64,000 nt of DNA from Eubacteriales bacterium (GTDB lineage Bacteria > Bacillota > Clostridia > Oscillospirales > CAG-272): assembly GCA_045655185.1 (NCBI GenBank), contig JAZOOS010000034.1:8493-72492 (forward strand), written 5' to 3'. How positions within the stretch are numbered: the first letter of the stretch is position 1; every line of letters begins with the position of its first letter. The position numbers and the translations under genes were made by a program. The notes under the pieces are model-generated. The model ran no database searches, had not been told where the DNA came from, and saw only the letters and a program-made list of their open reading frames with translations. Below are positions 25,949-34,710 of this stretch, in pieces.

Positions 25949-26815
25949 TCACCGATATTTTATATATTCCAAAAGCTTTTTGACCGCAATAGATGCTCTT
26001 TCTTGACTTCGCAATGCAATGCCGATCTTTCGGAAGGCAGACACATCAAGCTCCTTTGCCACAATTTTATACGGTATCCTACGCAGTATCAGCTCGGGAA
26101 GGATAGCAATTCCAAGACCGCCCTCTACCATTGACATCACCGCATAGTCATCCCACGTTGTAAAATGCACGTTTGGCGTAATGCCGTTTCTCTCAAAAAT
26201 TTCGGATATCTCCGCTTTCGCACCCTTTTCAAGAAGCATAAAGGGATAGTCACACAATGCCTTTACGGGAAATTTATCCTTGTCGGCAAGTGGGTGATCC
26301 TCGGGGAGAACCACCAAGAGCTTATCTTCCTCCAAGAATATCGTTTCAAATTCATCAACCGTCGGCAATTGGAGAAAACCAAGATCGACTCGCCCCGTTC
26401 TGATCCATTCCTCAATCTCTGTGTAATCACCGAGCAACAGCTCGTAATCGATATTGGGATAGTCCTTTTGAAATTCCCGGATGATGTTGGGAAGCCAATG
26501 CGTTGCTACGCTTGAAAACGTGCCAATACGTATAAGCCCCGATTGCAAACCGTTGATCTCGTCGATCTGCTCCTGCAAGCGTTCAAATTCTCGGCAAACG
26601 CTCTGCGCGATAGGGAGTATCTTCATTCCGTCCGAGGTCAGCTTTACTCCTGTACGGTTGCGCTCCAAAAGTATAATATTCCACTCTTTTTCCAAGTCGT
26701 TTATCATACGGCTCACCGCCGATTGCGAATAGTTGAGTATTTCCGCTGCTTTGGTGAAGCTGCCATATTCTACGGTCTTGATAAACGCCATATATTTTTG
26801 CACGTTGGTGTCCAT
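25949..26815 (-). CDS. LysR family transcriptional regulator
   Basis: N-terminal HTH (FIKTVEYGSFTKAAEILNYSQSAVSRMINDLE) and a LysR substrate-binding domain. Divergent from the EamA transporter gene. Confidence 0.9.
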   Translation of the reverse strand: MDTNVQKYMAFIKTVEYGSFTKAAEILNYSQSAVSRMINDLEKEWNIILLERNRTGVKLTSDGMKILPIAQSVCREFERLQEQIDEINGLQSGLIRIGTFSSVATHWLPNIIREFQKDYPNIDYELLLGDYTEIEEWIRTGRVDLGFLQLPTVDEFETIFLEEDKLLVVLPEDHPLADKDKFPVKALCDYPFMLLEKGAKAEISEIFERNGITPNVHFTTWDDYAVMSMVEGGLGIAILPELILRRIPYKIVAKELDVSAFRKIGIALRSQERASIAVKKLLEYIKYR

Positions 26816-26921
26816 TTTTAATCCCTCGTTTCATGCGTTTTTGTAATACTGAACATGAGATATATTTGCTTGTGTAATTCTTGATAACATGATATACTAT
26901 CATCATTGAATTGTCAAGAGG

Positions 26922-27785
26922 TTGAAAATGAAAGCATCGTATTTGAAATATATCTTTGCGCTGGTGCTGTTTGGCTCAAACGGCATCGTGGCAAGTATGA
27001 TCCATTTGAGCAGTTACGAAATCGTGCTTCTGCGAACTTTGATCGGAAGCCTTTTGCTCATAGCTATTTTCTTTATAGCAAGGGAGAAACTGACCTTTTA
27101 CAAGCATAAAGCACAAAGTATTTTTCTTGCCGTGTCAGGATTTGCGTTGGGGACGGGTTGGATATTCTTGTACGAGGCATACGACGAGATCGGTGTCAGC
27201 TTGGCTTCGCTCGCTTATTACTGCGGTCCGATTATCGTGATGATGCTCTCACCGTTCCTGTTCGGAGAAAAGCTCACAAGGATCAAAATGTGCAGTTTTC
27301 TTGTAATCCTTGTCGGCATCTTTCTCGTCAACGGAACGGCGTTTGAGAATGGTGTCAGCGTATGGGGCCTTGCCTGCGGTCTGCTCTCTGCGGTCTGCTA
27401 CTCGTTGATGGTAATGTTTAATAAAAAGGCGAAGGACATCACGGGGCTTGAAAACTCCATGCTACAGATTTTTATGGCGTTTATCACGGTTGCTGTATTC
27501 TCTGTCATCAAACAGGGCTACCGGATGAAAATTGACACAGAGAGTATTATTCCGATCCTTGTATTAGGACTTCTGAATACGGGCATCGGCTGTTATTTCT
27601 ATTTTTCGTCTATCGGGAAGTTGCCCGTGCAGACGGTTGCGATATGCGGATATCTCGAACCGCTGTCAGCGGTCATTTTCTCGGTCATTTTCTTGAAAGA
27701 AACAATGCTGCCGATACAGATCATCGGCGCGGTACTTATTATCGGCGGTGCGATGCTTGGGGAATATAGAAAAAAGCAAACATAA
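26922..27785 (+). CDS. EamA/DMT family transporter
   Basis: 287 aa with 10 hydrophobic segments in two EamA-like halves. Confidence 0.85.
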   Translation: MKMKASYLKYIFALVLFGSNGIVASMIHLSSYEIVLLRTLIGSLLLIAIFFIAREKLTFYKHKAQSIFLAVSGFALGTGWIFLYEAYDEIGVSLASLAYYCGPIIVMMLSPFLFGEKLTRIKMCSFLVILVGIFLVNGTAFENGVSVWGLACGLLSAVCYSLMVMFNKKAKDITGLENSMLQIFMAFITVAVFSVIKQGYRMKIDTESIIPILVLGLLNTGIGCYFYFSSIGKLPVQTVAICGYLEPLSAVIFSVIFLKETMLPIQIIGAVLIIGGAMLGEYRKKQT

Positions 27786-27819
27786 GGTGAGGGCTGACCG
27801 CTATCAGCCCTCGTTCCGC

Positions 27820-27880
27820 TTTTCTTTGCTTACCGCACCGCAAAGTTTGAGGGGCGACCACGAATGGTCGCCCCTTTTTC
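27820..27880 (+). repeat. module-boundary motif M3
   Basis: CTTTTCTTTGCTTACCGCACCGCAAAGTTTGAGGG matches M1 at 30 of 35 positions, followed by GGGGCGACC-ACGAAT-GGTCGCCCC and a T-run. A further hairpin, GAGGGCTGA...TCAGCCCTC, precedes it at 27788-27812. Confidence 0.7.
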
Positions 27881-27882
27881 GT

Positions 27883-27965
27883 TTACGCATTCGCCGGCCA
27901 AAGATCGGCAAGCTTGCCAGGTGCAGGAATCGCGAAGCACAGCACAGTCGCCCTGTCACGTCGCC
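27883..27965 (+). repeat. degenerate third copy of the distal part of the DR trailer, including a decayed tRNA-Pro 3' end
   Basis: TTACGCATTCGCC..AGATCGGCAAGCT..GGAATCGCGAAGCACAGC..CCCTGTCACGTCGCC aligns with GGTTCGCATTCCCC..AGATCGGCAAGCT..GGAATCACGTAGCGCAGC..CCCTGTCACTCCGACC. Confidence 0.5.
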
Positions 27966-27996
27966 TATCCCTTACCGGTCTTTTTTAATTGCGTTT

Positions 27997-29382
27997 TTAT
28001 TTTATTTTCTTCCTTTTGAAGATCCGGCTTCTGAAAAGAATGACGTTCATAACGGCAAAGAAAAGAGCGAATATGATAAGCGTCAGAACCGGCTTTGTGG
28101 GGGCGAGCGTAGCGAGAAACATCATGGGGAAGCCAAAAACAATGGCCGGGAAATTTTGATACACCATATTATCCGATGCGGGCGTTTTAAAGTCGCTATC
28201 GATCTCTCGAAGAAGAATAATACCCGTGCTTGCCGTTCCCGTCAGCATCCCGTACATGGTAAGGAACTGCTCCTCCGCATAATCGGGGAAGAGGGTCTTG
28301 GCGATCAGGCGATTGTAAACGTATGTGATGATGGCGCCAACCACCCCAAGAATCAGAATAACGCCCCAATAGTTTTCAAGAATATCAAGACGGATGGCCG
28401 CAATTCCCGCAACGACCATAATATCAAAGAAGAAATTGCTGGTGCGCGTCATAAGGAAATTGTTTGTGTACTTCTTTTGGATGATCCCTTTCTTGCGAAG
28501 GAAATTCAAAAGAACCTTGATCAACGTGGCCGTCAAAACACCGATTAAGAAATTGAAGCCGTAAATCACCGATTTCATTCCGGGCAAAAGCGATCCGAGC
28601 GCAAACATCACAAGGTATGCAGCCACGTAAGCGACAACGATCAAGGCGATCTGAACGGTCATTTTGTCAATGCTTTCCTGCATGGGAATTTCATTGGCAG
28701 AATCAATTTGATCGGTGTGAAGGCTTCCGTCCGAACGGTTGGATAGGACAAGCTTTCCGCGTCTTTTCATAATGTTCAAATGAATGACACCGACGATGCT
28801 TGCGGATAAGAATCCAAGGGCGGCAATCGTAAGACCAAAGCTTTTTCCACCCACAAATCCGTACTCGTTTTCATAGATCGTGCCGTAGTTAAGCGCCTGC
28901 CCGGTGCCTTGCCCGTAGCCAAACGGCAAAAGAACGCCGGCGGCGGTGAAAAAGTCTTGTATAACCAAGGCGGTGATCATCGTTATCAAAAGGCCGACTA
29001 TGCCTTGTATCAAATAAGTGGAAACCGTTGTTACGCCCGTGTTAAAGATTTCCTTTGTCCGTTGTTTGGTCAGCTTTCCGCCCGTCGTTTTGAAAGCGGA
29101 AGCAATAAAGCCAAGCGCCAACGTATGATACGTAATAATTTCAAGATTTCCCATACCGTTTCCGCCAAAAACGGCCGTCTCAAACATCACATCACCGGTA
29201 ATGGATTTATATACGTCAGAAATGATCAAGAGGATCACACCGCCAAGCACCGAGGTCGGTATCAAAGAATTTTGCAAAAGCGGAATGCTCTTTTTTAAGA
29301 CGTTCCCGACCAAGAGGCTGCCCAGCAAAACGCCAAAGAGCAGGATCGATCCCCATACACTATAATCCCAAAAATTTTCCAT
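27997..29382 (-). CDS. GltS-like sodium/glutamate symporter family protein
   Basis: 461-aa polytopic protein whose layout resembles GltS, including GYGQGTGQA. A GGAGGGG RBS is present. Confidence 0.5.
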   Translation of the reverse strand: MENFWDYSVWGSILLFGVLLGSLLVGNVLKKSIPLLQNSLIPTSVLGGVILLIISDVYKSITGDVMFETAVFGGNGMGNLEIITYHTLALGFIASAFKTTGGKLTKQRTKEIFNTGVTTVSTYLIQGIVGLLITMITALVIQDFFTAAGVLLPFGYGQGTGQALNYGTIYENEYGFVGGKSFGLTIAALGFLSASIVGVIHLNIMKRRGKLVLSNRSDGSLHTDQIDSANEIPMQESIDKMTVQIALIVVAYVAAYLVMFALGSLLPGMKSVIYGFNFLIGVLTATLIKVLLNFLRKKGIIQKKYTNNFLMTRTSNFFFDIMVVAGIAAIRLDILENYWGVILILGVVGAIITYVYNRLIAKTLFPDYAEEQFLTMYGMLTGTASTGIILLREIDSDFKTPASDNMVYQNFPAIVFGFPMMFLATLAPTKPVLTLIIFALFFAVMNVILFRSRIFKRKKIK

Positions 29383-30580
29383 TTTCCCCTCCGTTTATTA
29401 TGTTGCGATAGCGGAAAAAGAAGTTTACGTATTTAAGCGCGTTAAATTTCTTTTCACCCTTTATTTGATATATCGAGCCACCGAAATACAGATTGAGCTT
29501 GTTCCGTCCGAGAACCGTCGCCGCCGTTAATTCATCAAAGGTGAATTTATACGTCGTATTACCGATCGCGCGGATCTCGATCCGATCCTTGTATAAAAGC
29601 AATTCAGCCTTCTTGTGAAGGACCTTTTTCTTTTTATAAACGATAACCTCGGATATTTTGGCTACATCCCGATAGATCGGCTCTTCGCCAAGCTGTAAAA
29701 GGTCCAGCCCGTTTACAAAATCCTTTTGATAGTCATACCAGTCGGCTACAAAGCGATAGGGAAAATCAAATCCCACACCGCGCAGCTCCTTCGTCGGTAA
29801 ATATTCGATCCTTCTCTTGCATTTTTTGCATTCAAGGATCGCATGATGGCTTTCAAAAGAAGAAAGGCCGCAATAAGGACACACGTAGATGGCTCTTTCC
29901 AAATGCTCCGCCGGGCGCTTATGATGAAATTCGCCGGTGATGGCGGCTTCATTGACGTATAGCTCACGGCTTATGATCCCAAGCAGCTCCTCGTCCGAAA
30001 GCGCTTGAAATTTTTCGGGCTCAAGCACGCTTGAAACATATCCTCTCATATGGCCTTTTCGTACCGCATCACTCCATCTCGGTTGGACGCCATAACCCCC
30101 CTCAATACGGTAAAGCGCAATAGGCAGATTCAATTTTCTTGCAAGCGGCACAATGGACGGATTGATATATTCGGTCCTTCCGCTGTAAGTGCGGTTTCCC
30201 TCGGGGGCGATGGCGATCGTACCGCCTTCTTTCGCCACCTTGATGCAATTCAAGACCGCTTTTACATCGGTCGTTTGCTTCCGGATGGGGATCGGCGCAA
30301 CCAAAAACCGAATCAGCGACGATAGGATCCCGTTTGAAAAAATATCTTCGGTCGCAAGATAGTAAACGGCGCCCTTGAAGGACATACCGACAAAGAATTG
30401 ATCAAACGGTGTCTGGTGGTTCATTAAGATCAGATACGGGCCCTTCTTTTGCTCCTTGAATTTCTCTACCTTGATACCGTATCTGTATCTGGCATACGGG
30501 GTCAACACAAAGGAGAGAAGATTCCTTATAAACCGATGCCGTTTCCTTATCCATTTTTTGCTTTTTCGCTTTTCTTTCAT
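29360..30580 (-). CDS. lysophospholipid (PlsC-type) acyltransferase with a C-terminal extension containing a zinc-ribbon-like motif
   Basis: HxxxxD motif NHQTPFD and an APEGNRT block. The C-terminal half carries CPYCG...CKKCKRR. Confidence 0.7.
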   Translation of the reverse strand: MKEKRKSKKWIRKRHRFIRNLLSFVLTPYARYRYGIKVEKFKEQKKGPYLILMNHQTPFDQFFVGMSFKGAVYYLATEDIFSNGILSSLIRFLVAPIPIRKQTTDVKAVLNCIKVAKEGGTIAIAPEGNRTYSGRTEYINPSIVPLARKLNLPIALYRIEGGYGVQPRWSDAVRKGHMRGYVSSVLEPEKFQALSDEELLGIISRELYVNEAAITGEFHHKRPAEHLERAIYVCPYCGLSSFESHHAILECKKCKRRIEYLPTKELRGVGFDFPYRFVADWYDYQKDFVNGLDLLQLGEEPIYRDVAKISEVIVYKKKKVLHKKAELLLYKDRIEIRAIGNTTYKFTFDELTAATVLGRNKLNLYFGGSIYQIKGEKKFNALKYVNFFFRYRNIINGGENGKFLGL

Positions 30581-30610
30581 AACCTATCTTTTTTCGTCCG
30601 CAAAGTGGGT

Positions 30611-32314
30611 TTAATCAATACTCATATCGAGCTTAAAGCGCATGATCTTACGCAGGGTATTTTTGGGGAAATCCTCACCGCGCACTTTAAGCACGCCTAT
30701 TTTTTTGTAGGGAACTGCGGTTTTATTGTATTCGTTCACGAAGCCTTGCAGATAGGCTTTTACATCGGTGATTTCGTTTTTCTCGATGTATTCCTTATCG
30801 GGAAAGATTTCGGCAACGATCGCGTTATGCTCCATGCCGCGGCGGCTTTTTCCCTCGTATACGATGATATCCTGCACACCGGGGACCGAGATCAGCTCGT
30901 TTTCAATTTCCTCGGGGTAAACGTTCTTCCCGTTAGAGAGAATGATAAGGTTTTTCTTTCGGCCGGTGATATAAAGGATTTTATCCTTGGTGAGCTTGCC
31001 GTAATCACCGGTCTTGAAATAGCCGTTCTCATCTATGGCTTCGGCCGTTGCTTCCTCGTTTTTGTAGTACCCAAGCATAACGTTGGGGCCTTTTACGTAG
31101 ATTTCCCCCTCGCCGTCCTCGTTGGCGTCAACGATCTTGACGTCGTCAATATCCACCACCGCGCCGACGCTTCCTTTTACAACGTTGCGGCTTCTGTTAA
31201 AGGAAATGATCGGGGAGCACTCGGTGATCCCGTACCCGTTAAGCACGGAAATTCCGATCCCCTCAAAGAACGAAATGATATCTTGATTGATGGGCGCGCC
31301 GCCCGTTACGATCATTTTGATCTCACCGCCAAAAGCGTTTCGTATCTGCGCGAAGAGCTTTTTCCTCATATCAATAAGGCCGAAGCTTACTTTTTTGGCG
31401 GCGTTGCTGATTTTCAGCATATCATGCACAAGCTTATCCTTGCCTTGGTTTTTAAGGTTGGCTTGGATTCTGCGGTAGAAGGTTTCAAGATACAGGGGAA
31501 CCAGGACAAGATGCCCCGGCTTTTCGGATTTTAATTCCTTTTGTATGTACTTGATCCCGTCGGATATATATACCTCGGTTCCGATCATTACGTGGGCAAT
31601 CAGCATAGTCGATGAGCCGTACGTATGGTGCGGGGGCAAAACCGAAACCGTATTTTCCGCAAAATCGACGTACGGCGTAACGACTTCCATATCGCGGATA
31701 AGCGAATCGGTGCAGAGCATAACGCCCTTTCCCTTGCCGGTGGTTCCCGAGGTATACACGAGAAGCGAAAGCTGTCTTGGATCAAACTGTACGTCAAAAT
31801 AGGGCCGTTTGTCCTCCGAAAATTTAATACGGCCCGCCGCGATCATGGCTTGCAGGCTTGCATCCCCTTGGGCGCCAAGATAGACAACGGGTGCTTCAAG
31901 CGCGCACAGCGCGGCAATCTCCCGCCCCTTTTCCGAAAGATCTCCATCGCAGAAGAGGTAATCCATATCCGCGTTTTTGGCGGTATCGGCAAGCTCGGCC
32001 GCCCCCCAATCTTTATCCAGGGGAACCAGAACCGCCCCGATGAGAAGCGTGGCGTAATAGGCTGTGATAAAATCATAGGACATTTTTCCCACAACGACGA
32101 TATGCTTCCCCTTCATACCGCGAGAAAGCATCTCGGTTGCAAGCGCCCGAACGTCATCCCGAAACTCAATATAGCTTATGCTTATTTTTTCCTCATCGTG
32201 GGGGTTTTGCCTATAAGAAAAGGCAATGCGGTTGCCGTATACGCGCGCGGCATATTCAACGATATGGCGTATGCTCTTAAATTCTCTTTTAGGGTGTATC
32301 TGTTCTTTTTTCAT
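30611..32314 (-). CDS. AMP-dependent long-chain acyl-CoA/ACP synthetase
   Basis: 567 aa with motifs YTSGTTGKGKGVML, YGITE and TGD. Confidence 0.85.
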   Translation of the reverse strand: MKKEQIHPKREFKSIRHIVEYAARVYGNRIAFSYRQNPHDEEKISISYIEFRDDVRALATEMLSRGMKGKHIVVVGKMSYDFITAYYATLLIGAVLVPLDKDWGAAELADTAKNADMDYLFCDGDLSEKGREIAALCALEAPVVYLGAQGDASLQAMIAAGRIKFSEDKRPYFDVQFDPRQLSLLVYTSGTTGKGKGVMLCTDSLIRDMEVVTPYVDFAENTVSVLPPHHTYGSSTMLIAHVMIGTEVYISDGIKYIQKELKSEKPGHLVLVPLYLETFYRRIQANLKNQGKDKLVHDMLKISNAAKKVSFGLIDMRKKLFAQIRNAFGGEIKMIVTGGAPINQDIISFFEGIGISVLNGYGITECSPIISFNRSRNVVKGSVGAVVDIDDVKIVDANEDGEGEIYVKGPNVMLGYYKNEEATAEAIDENGYFKTGDYGKLTKDKILYITGRKKNLIILSNGKNVYPEEIENELISVPGVQDIIVYEGKSRRGMEHNAIVAEIFPDKEYIEKNEITDVKAYLQGFVNEYNKTAVPYKKIGVLKVRGEDFPKNTLRKIMRFKLDMSID

Positions 32315-32496
32315 TGGAAATCTCCTCGTATTGGTTCTCGTTTCACAGATTTTAATGTTGAAACTTCAACAGACTCCCTAATAGTGTACCACAAACTCGT
32401 TGAAAAGTCAACAAACTTTTGATCGCTTTTTCTTTTTCCCGTAACCGTTTTCACTTTTTCCAAAAGAGAAGCGAGGAAAGAGAGAAGCGCTTGGGT

Positions 32497-32531
32497 GAAA
32501 ACAGCCCCCTTCATGGAAGGAGGCTGTTTTT
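32497..32531 (-). terminator. candidate terminator downstream of pdxK
   Basis: Hairpin AAAACAGCC...GGCTGTTTT. Confidence 0.4.
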
Positions 32532-32593
32532 GCTTACTGTTTTAGCGGTATGTATTTCCATGCGTTGTCGGTGCTGAACAGTGGGGATTATAA

Positions 32594-33424
32594 TCAAGCC
32601 AACATATCCATAAGATCGCCGAGGGCGGTTTCGAACTTGGCGCCGTACCAATGATCCTCATCCCCTTGGGTGTTGATGATGCATTTGACGGTATAATCGG
32701 CGGCGATCTTGGCCGCTTCTAAAATATCCTTGCCCCTCATCAGTGCGCCCGTGAAAGCAGAGGCGTAAATATCGCCCGTGCCGTGGCAACCCCCCGAAAC
32801 CTTGTCATGCTCGTAATAGCGGATATTCCCGTTCTCGTATACGATAACGCCGGTCTTTTCAGGGGCGTATCCAACCCCCGTCAGAACGACGGTCTTGGCG
32901 CCAAGCTTCGAAAGCGCGTCAAGAAGCCCCTTAACGTAGCTTTCATCATAGGTCTCACGGTATTCAACGTTGGCTAAGAAGCAGGCCTCGGTGATATTGG
33001 GGATCAAAATATCCGCCGACGCGCAAAGGCCGCGCATGGCCGCCACGTATTCGTCGTTAAAGATGGAATAGAGCTTGCCGTTATCCGCCATAGCGGGATC
33101 CACGATGCGAACGCAGTCGTCAGTTCCCATCGTATTCAAAATATCCTTTACGTATCCAACCTGCTTTACGCTTCCGAGATAGCCGGTATAGATCGCCTTG
33201 AACTTGATATTTTCCTTTTTCCAATGCGCCGCGATATCGGGCATATCGTCGGTCAGATCCCGAAAGGTGAAGCCGCTAAATCCCGCCGTGTGCGTCGAAA
33301 GCACGGCAGACGGAAGGATACAGGTCTCCATGCCGCAAGCGGAAAGGATGGGGAGCGCAACCGTCAGCGAGCATTGCCCCACGCACGAAATATCCTGTAT
33401 GGTCAGAATTTTTTTGTAAGACAT
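32594..33424 (-). CDS. pdxK: pyridoxal/pyridoxamine kinase
   Basis: 276-aa ribokinase-fold PdxK/PdxY-like protein, with ILTIQDISCVGQCSLTVALPILSACG and GTGDIYASAF. Confidence 0.8.
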   Translation of the reverse strand: MSYKKILTIQDISCVGQCSLTVALPILSACGMETCILPSAVLSTHTAGFSGFTFRDLTDDMPDIAAHWKKENIKFKAIYTGYLGSVKQVGYVKDILNTMGTDDCVRIVDPAMADNGKLYSIFNDEYVAAMRGLCASADILIPNITEACFLANVEYRETYDESYVKGLLDALSKLGAKTVVLTGVGYAPEKTGVIVYENGNIRYYEHDKVSGGCHGTGDIYASAFTGALMRGKDILEAAKIAADYTVKCIINTQGDEDHWYGAKFETALGDLMDMLA

Positions 33425-33516
33425 TACGATAATCTCCTTGCAAATTTCATGAAACCATTATATAATACTTCTGATGATACGAAAATGACCAGAATGGGAG
33501 AATTATATATAACCAG

Positions 33517-34602
33517 ATGAGATATAAAGTGGAAAAAAACGGTCGCCCGGCGTATTTGCAGATCTACGATCAGATCAAAGAGGATATCGTGAACGGAACG
33601 TTGGAGTATAAAACCAAGCTTCCTTCCAAAAGATTTTTGGCAGACGAAACCAAAACCAGCACCGTGACGGTGGAGCACGCCTACGCCTTGCTTTGTGACG
33701 AAGGGTATATCGAGGCGCGCGAGAGAAGCGGCTTTTTCGTTCTCTTTCGCCAGTCGGACGGCTTTTCCCCGGCAAGCGCCCTTCACGTCGCCCCAGCCCC
33801 GCCGAGGATGCCCCGAAACGCCTATCCCGATTTTCCGTTTTCGGTGCTCAGTAAGACGATGCGGAATATTCTTACGCTGTACGGCGAGGGGATCTTATCC
33901 CGTTCTCCGGGGGAAGGGTGCCCCGAGCTTCGGTCTGCCCTCGTACGGTATCTGGCAAGAAACAGAGGGATTCATATCTGCGCCGATCAGATCGTGGTTG
34001 GCGCGGGCGCGGAATATCTGTACAGCCTGATCATTGAAATGCTTGGGCGCGGGCGTATTTACGGCATTGAATCGCCGTCTTACGAGAAGATCGAGCAGGT
34101 GTATCGCGCATCGGACGCTCGCGTTGAGCATCTTTCCCTTTCGCACGAAGGGATCGACAGCGCCGCCCTCTTAAAAACAGAAGCAACCGTTCTGCACACA
34201 ACGCCGTACCGAAGCTTCCCAAGCGGGGTCACCGCTTCGGCCACCAAGCGTCACGAATACGTTCGGTGGGCAGACGGGGGCGATCGCTTTATTATTGAAG
34301 ACGATTTTGAATCCGAGTTTTCGGTTTCCACCAAGCCCGAGGATACGCTGTTTTCCTTGACCCGATCGGATAACGTTATCTATTTGAACACCTTTTCCAA
34401 GACCGTCTCCCCCTCGCTTCGTATCGGATATATGGTTCTTCCCAAAAGGCTTTCTTCGGTATTCAAGGAGAAGCTCGGCTTTTATTCCTGCACCGTCCCG
34501 ACCTACGAGCAGCTGGTTATCGCGTCACTCTTGGATAACGGCGATTTTGAGCGGCATATCAACCGCGTCAGACGGAATATGCGAAGGGCGCTTCAAAAAT
34601 AA
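33517..34602 (+). CDS. MocR/PdxR-type regulator (GntR HTH fused to a PLP aminotransferase-like domain), short form
   Basis: N-terminal GntR wHTH and an aminotransferase-like core with NTFSKTVSPSLRIGY (putative PLP lysine). Divergent from pdxK. Confidence 0.8.
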   Translation: MRYKVEKNGRPAYLQIYDQIKEDIVNGTLEYKTKLPSKRFLADETKTSTVTVEHAYALLCDEGYIEARERSGFFVLFRQSDGFSPASALHVAPAPPRMPRNAYPDFPFSVLSKTMRNILTLYGEGILSRSPGEGCPELRSALVRYLARNRGIHICADQIVVGAGAEYLYSLIIEMLGRGRIYGIESPSYEKIEQVYRASDARVEHLSLSHEGIDSAALLKTEATVLHTTPYRSFPSGVTASATKRHEYVRWADGGDRFIIEDDFESEFSVSTKPEDTLFSLTRSDNVIYLNTFSKTVSPSLRIGYMVLPKRLSSVFKEKLGFYSCTVPTYEQLVIASLLDNGDFERHINRVRRNMRRALQK

Positions 34603-34666
34603 ACAACCTAATATATTTGTCGCGAAAGCTTTTTGCGTCGCGTCTTAGTTTAATATACGAAACGAA

Positions 34667-34697
34667 AAAGAGCAGGCACGAACCGTGCCTGCTCTTT
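34667..34697. terminator. bidirectional terminator
   Basis: 14-bp stem AAAGAGCAGGCACG / CGTGCCTGCTCTTT. Confidence 0.6.
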
Positions 34698-34710
34698 CAT
34701 TTTTCTCTAA

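Noticed and set aside
22739-27965. Search for an integrase, excisionase, transposase or relaxase that would make the tRNA-Pro island an ICE, IME or prophage remnant
   Set aside because: None of the ORFs on either strand shows recombinase motifs. The island is therefore reported only as repeat-bounded cargo, not as a named mobile element.
32311-32514. 67-aa minus-strand ORF upstream of the acyl ligase
   Set aside because: It overlaps the ligase start and the pdxK terminator hairpin, and has no RBS or motif.
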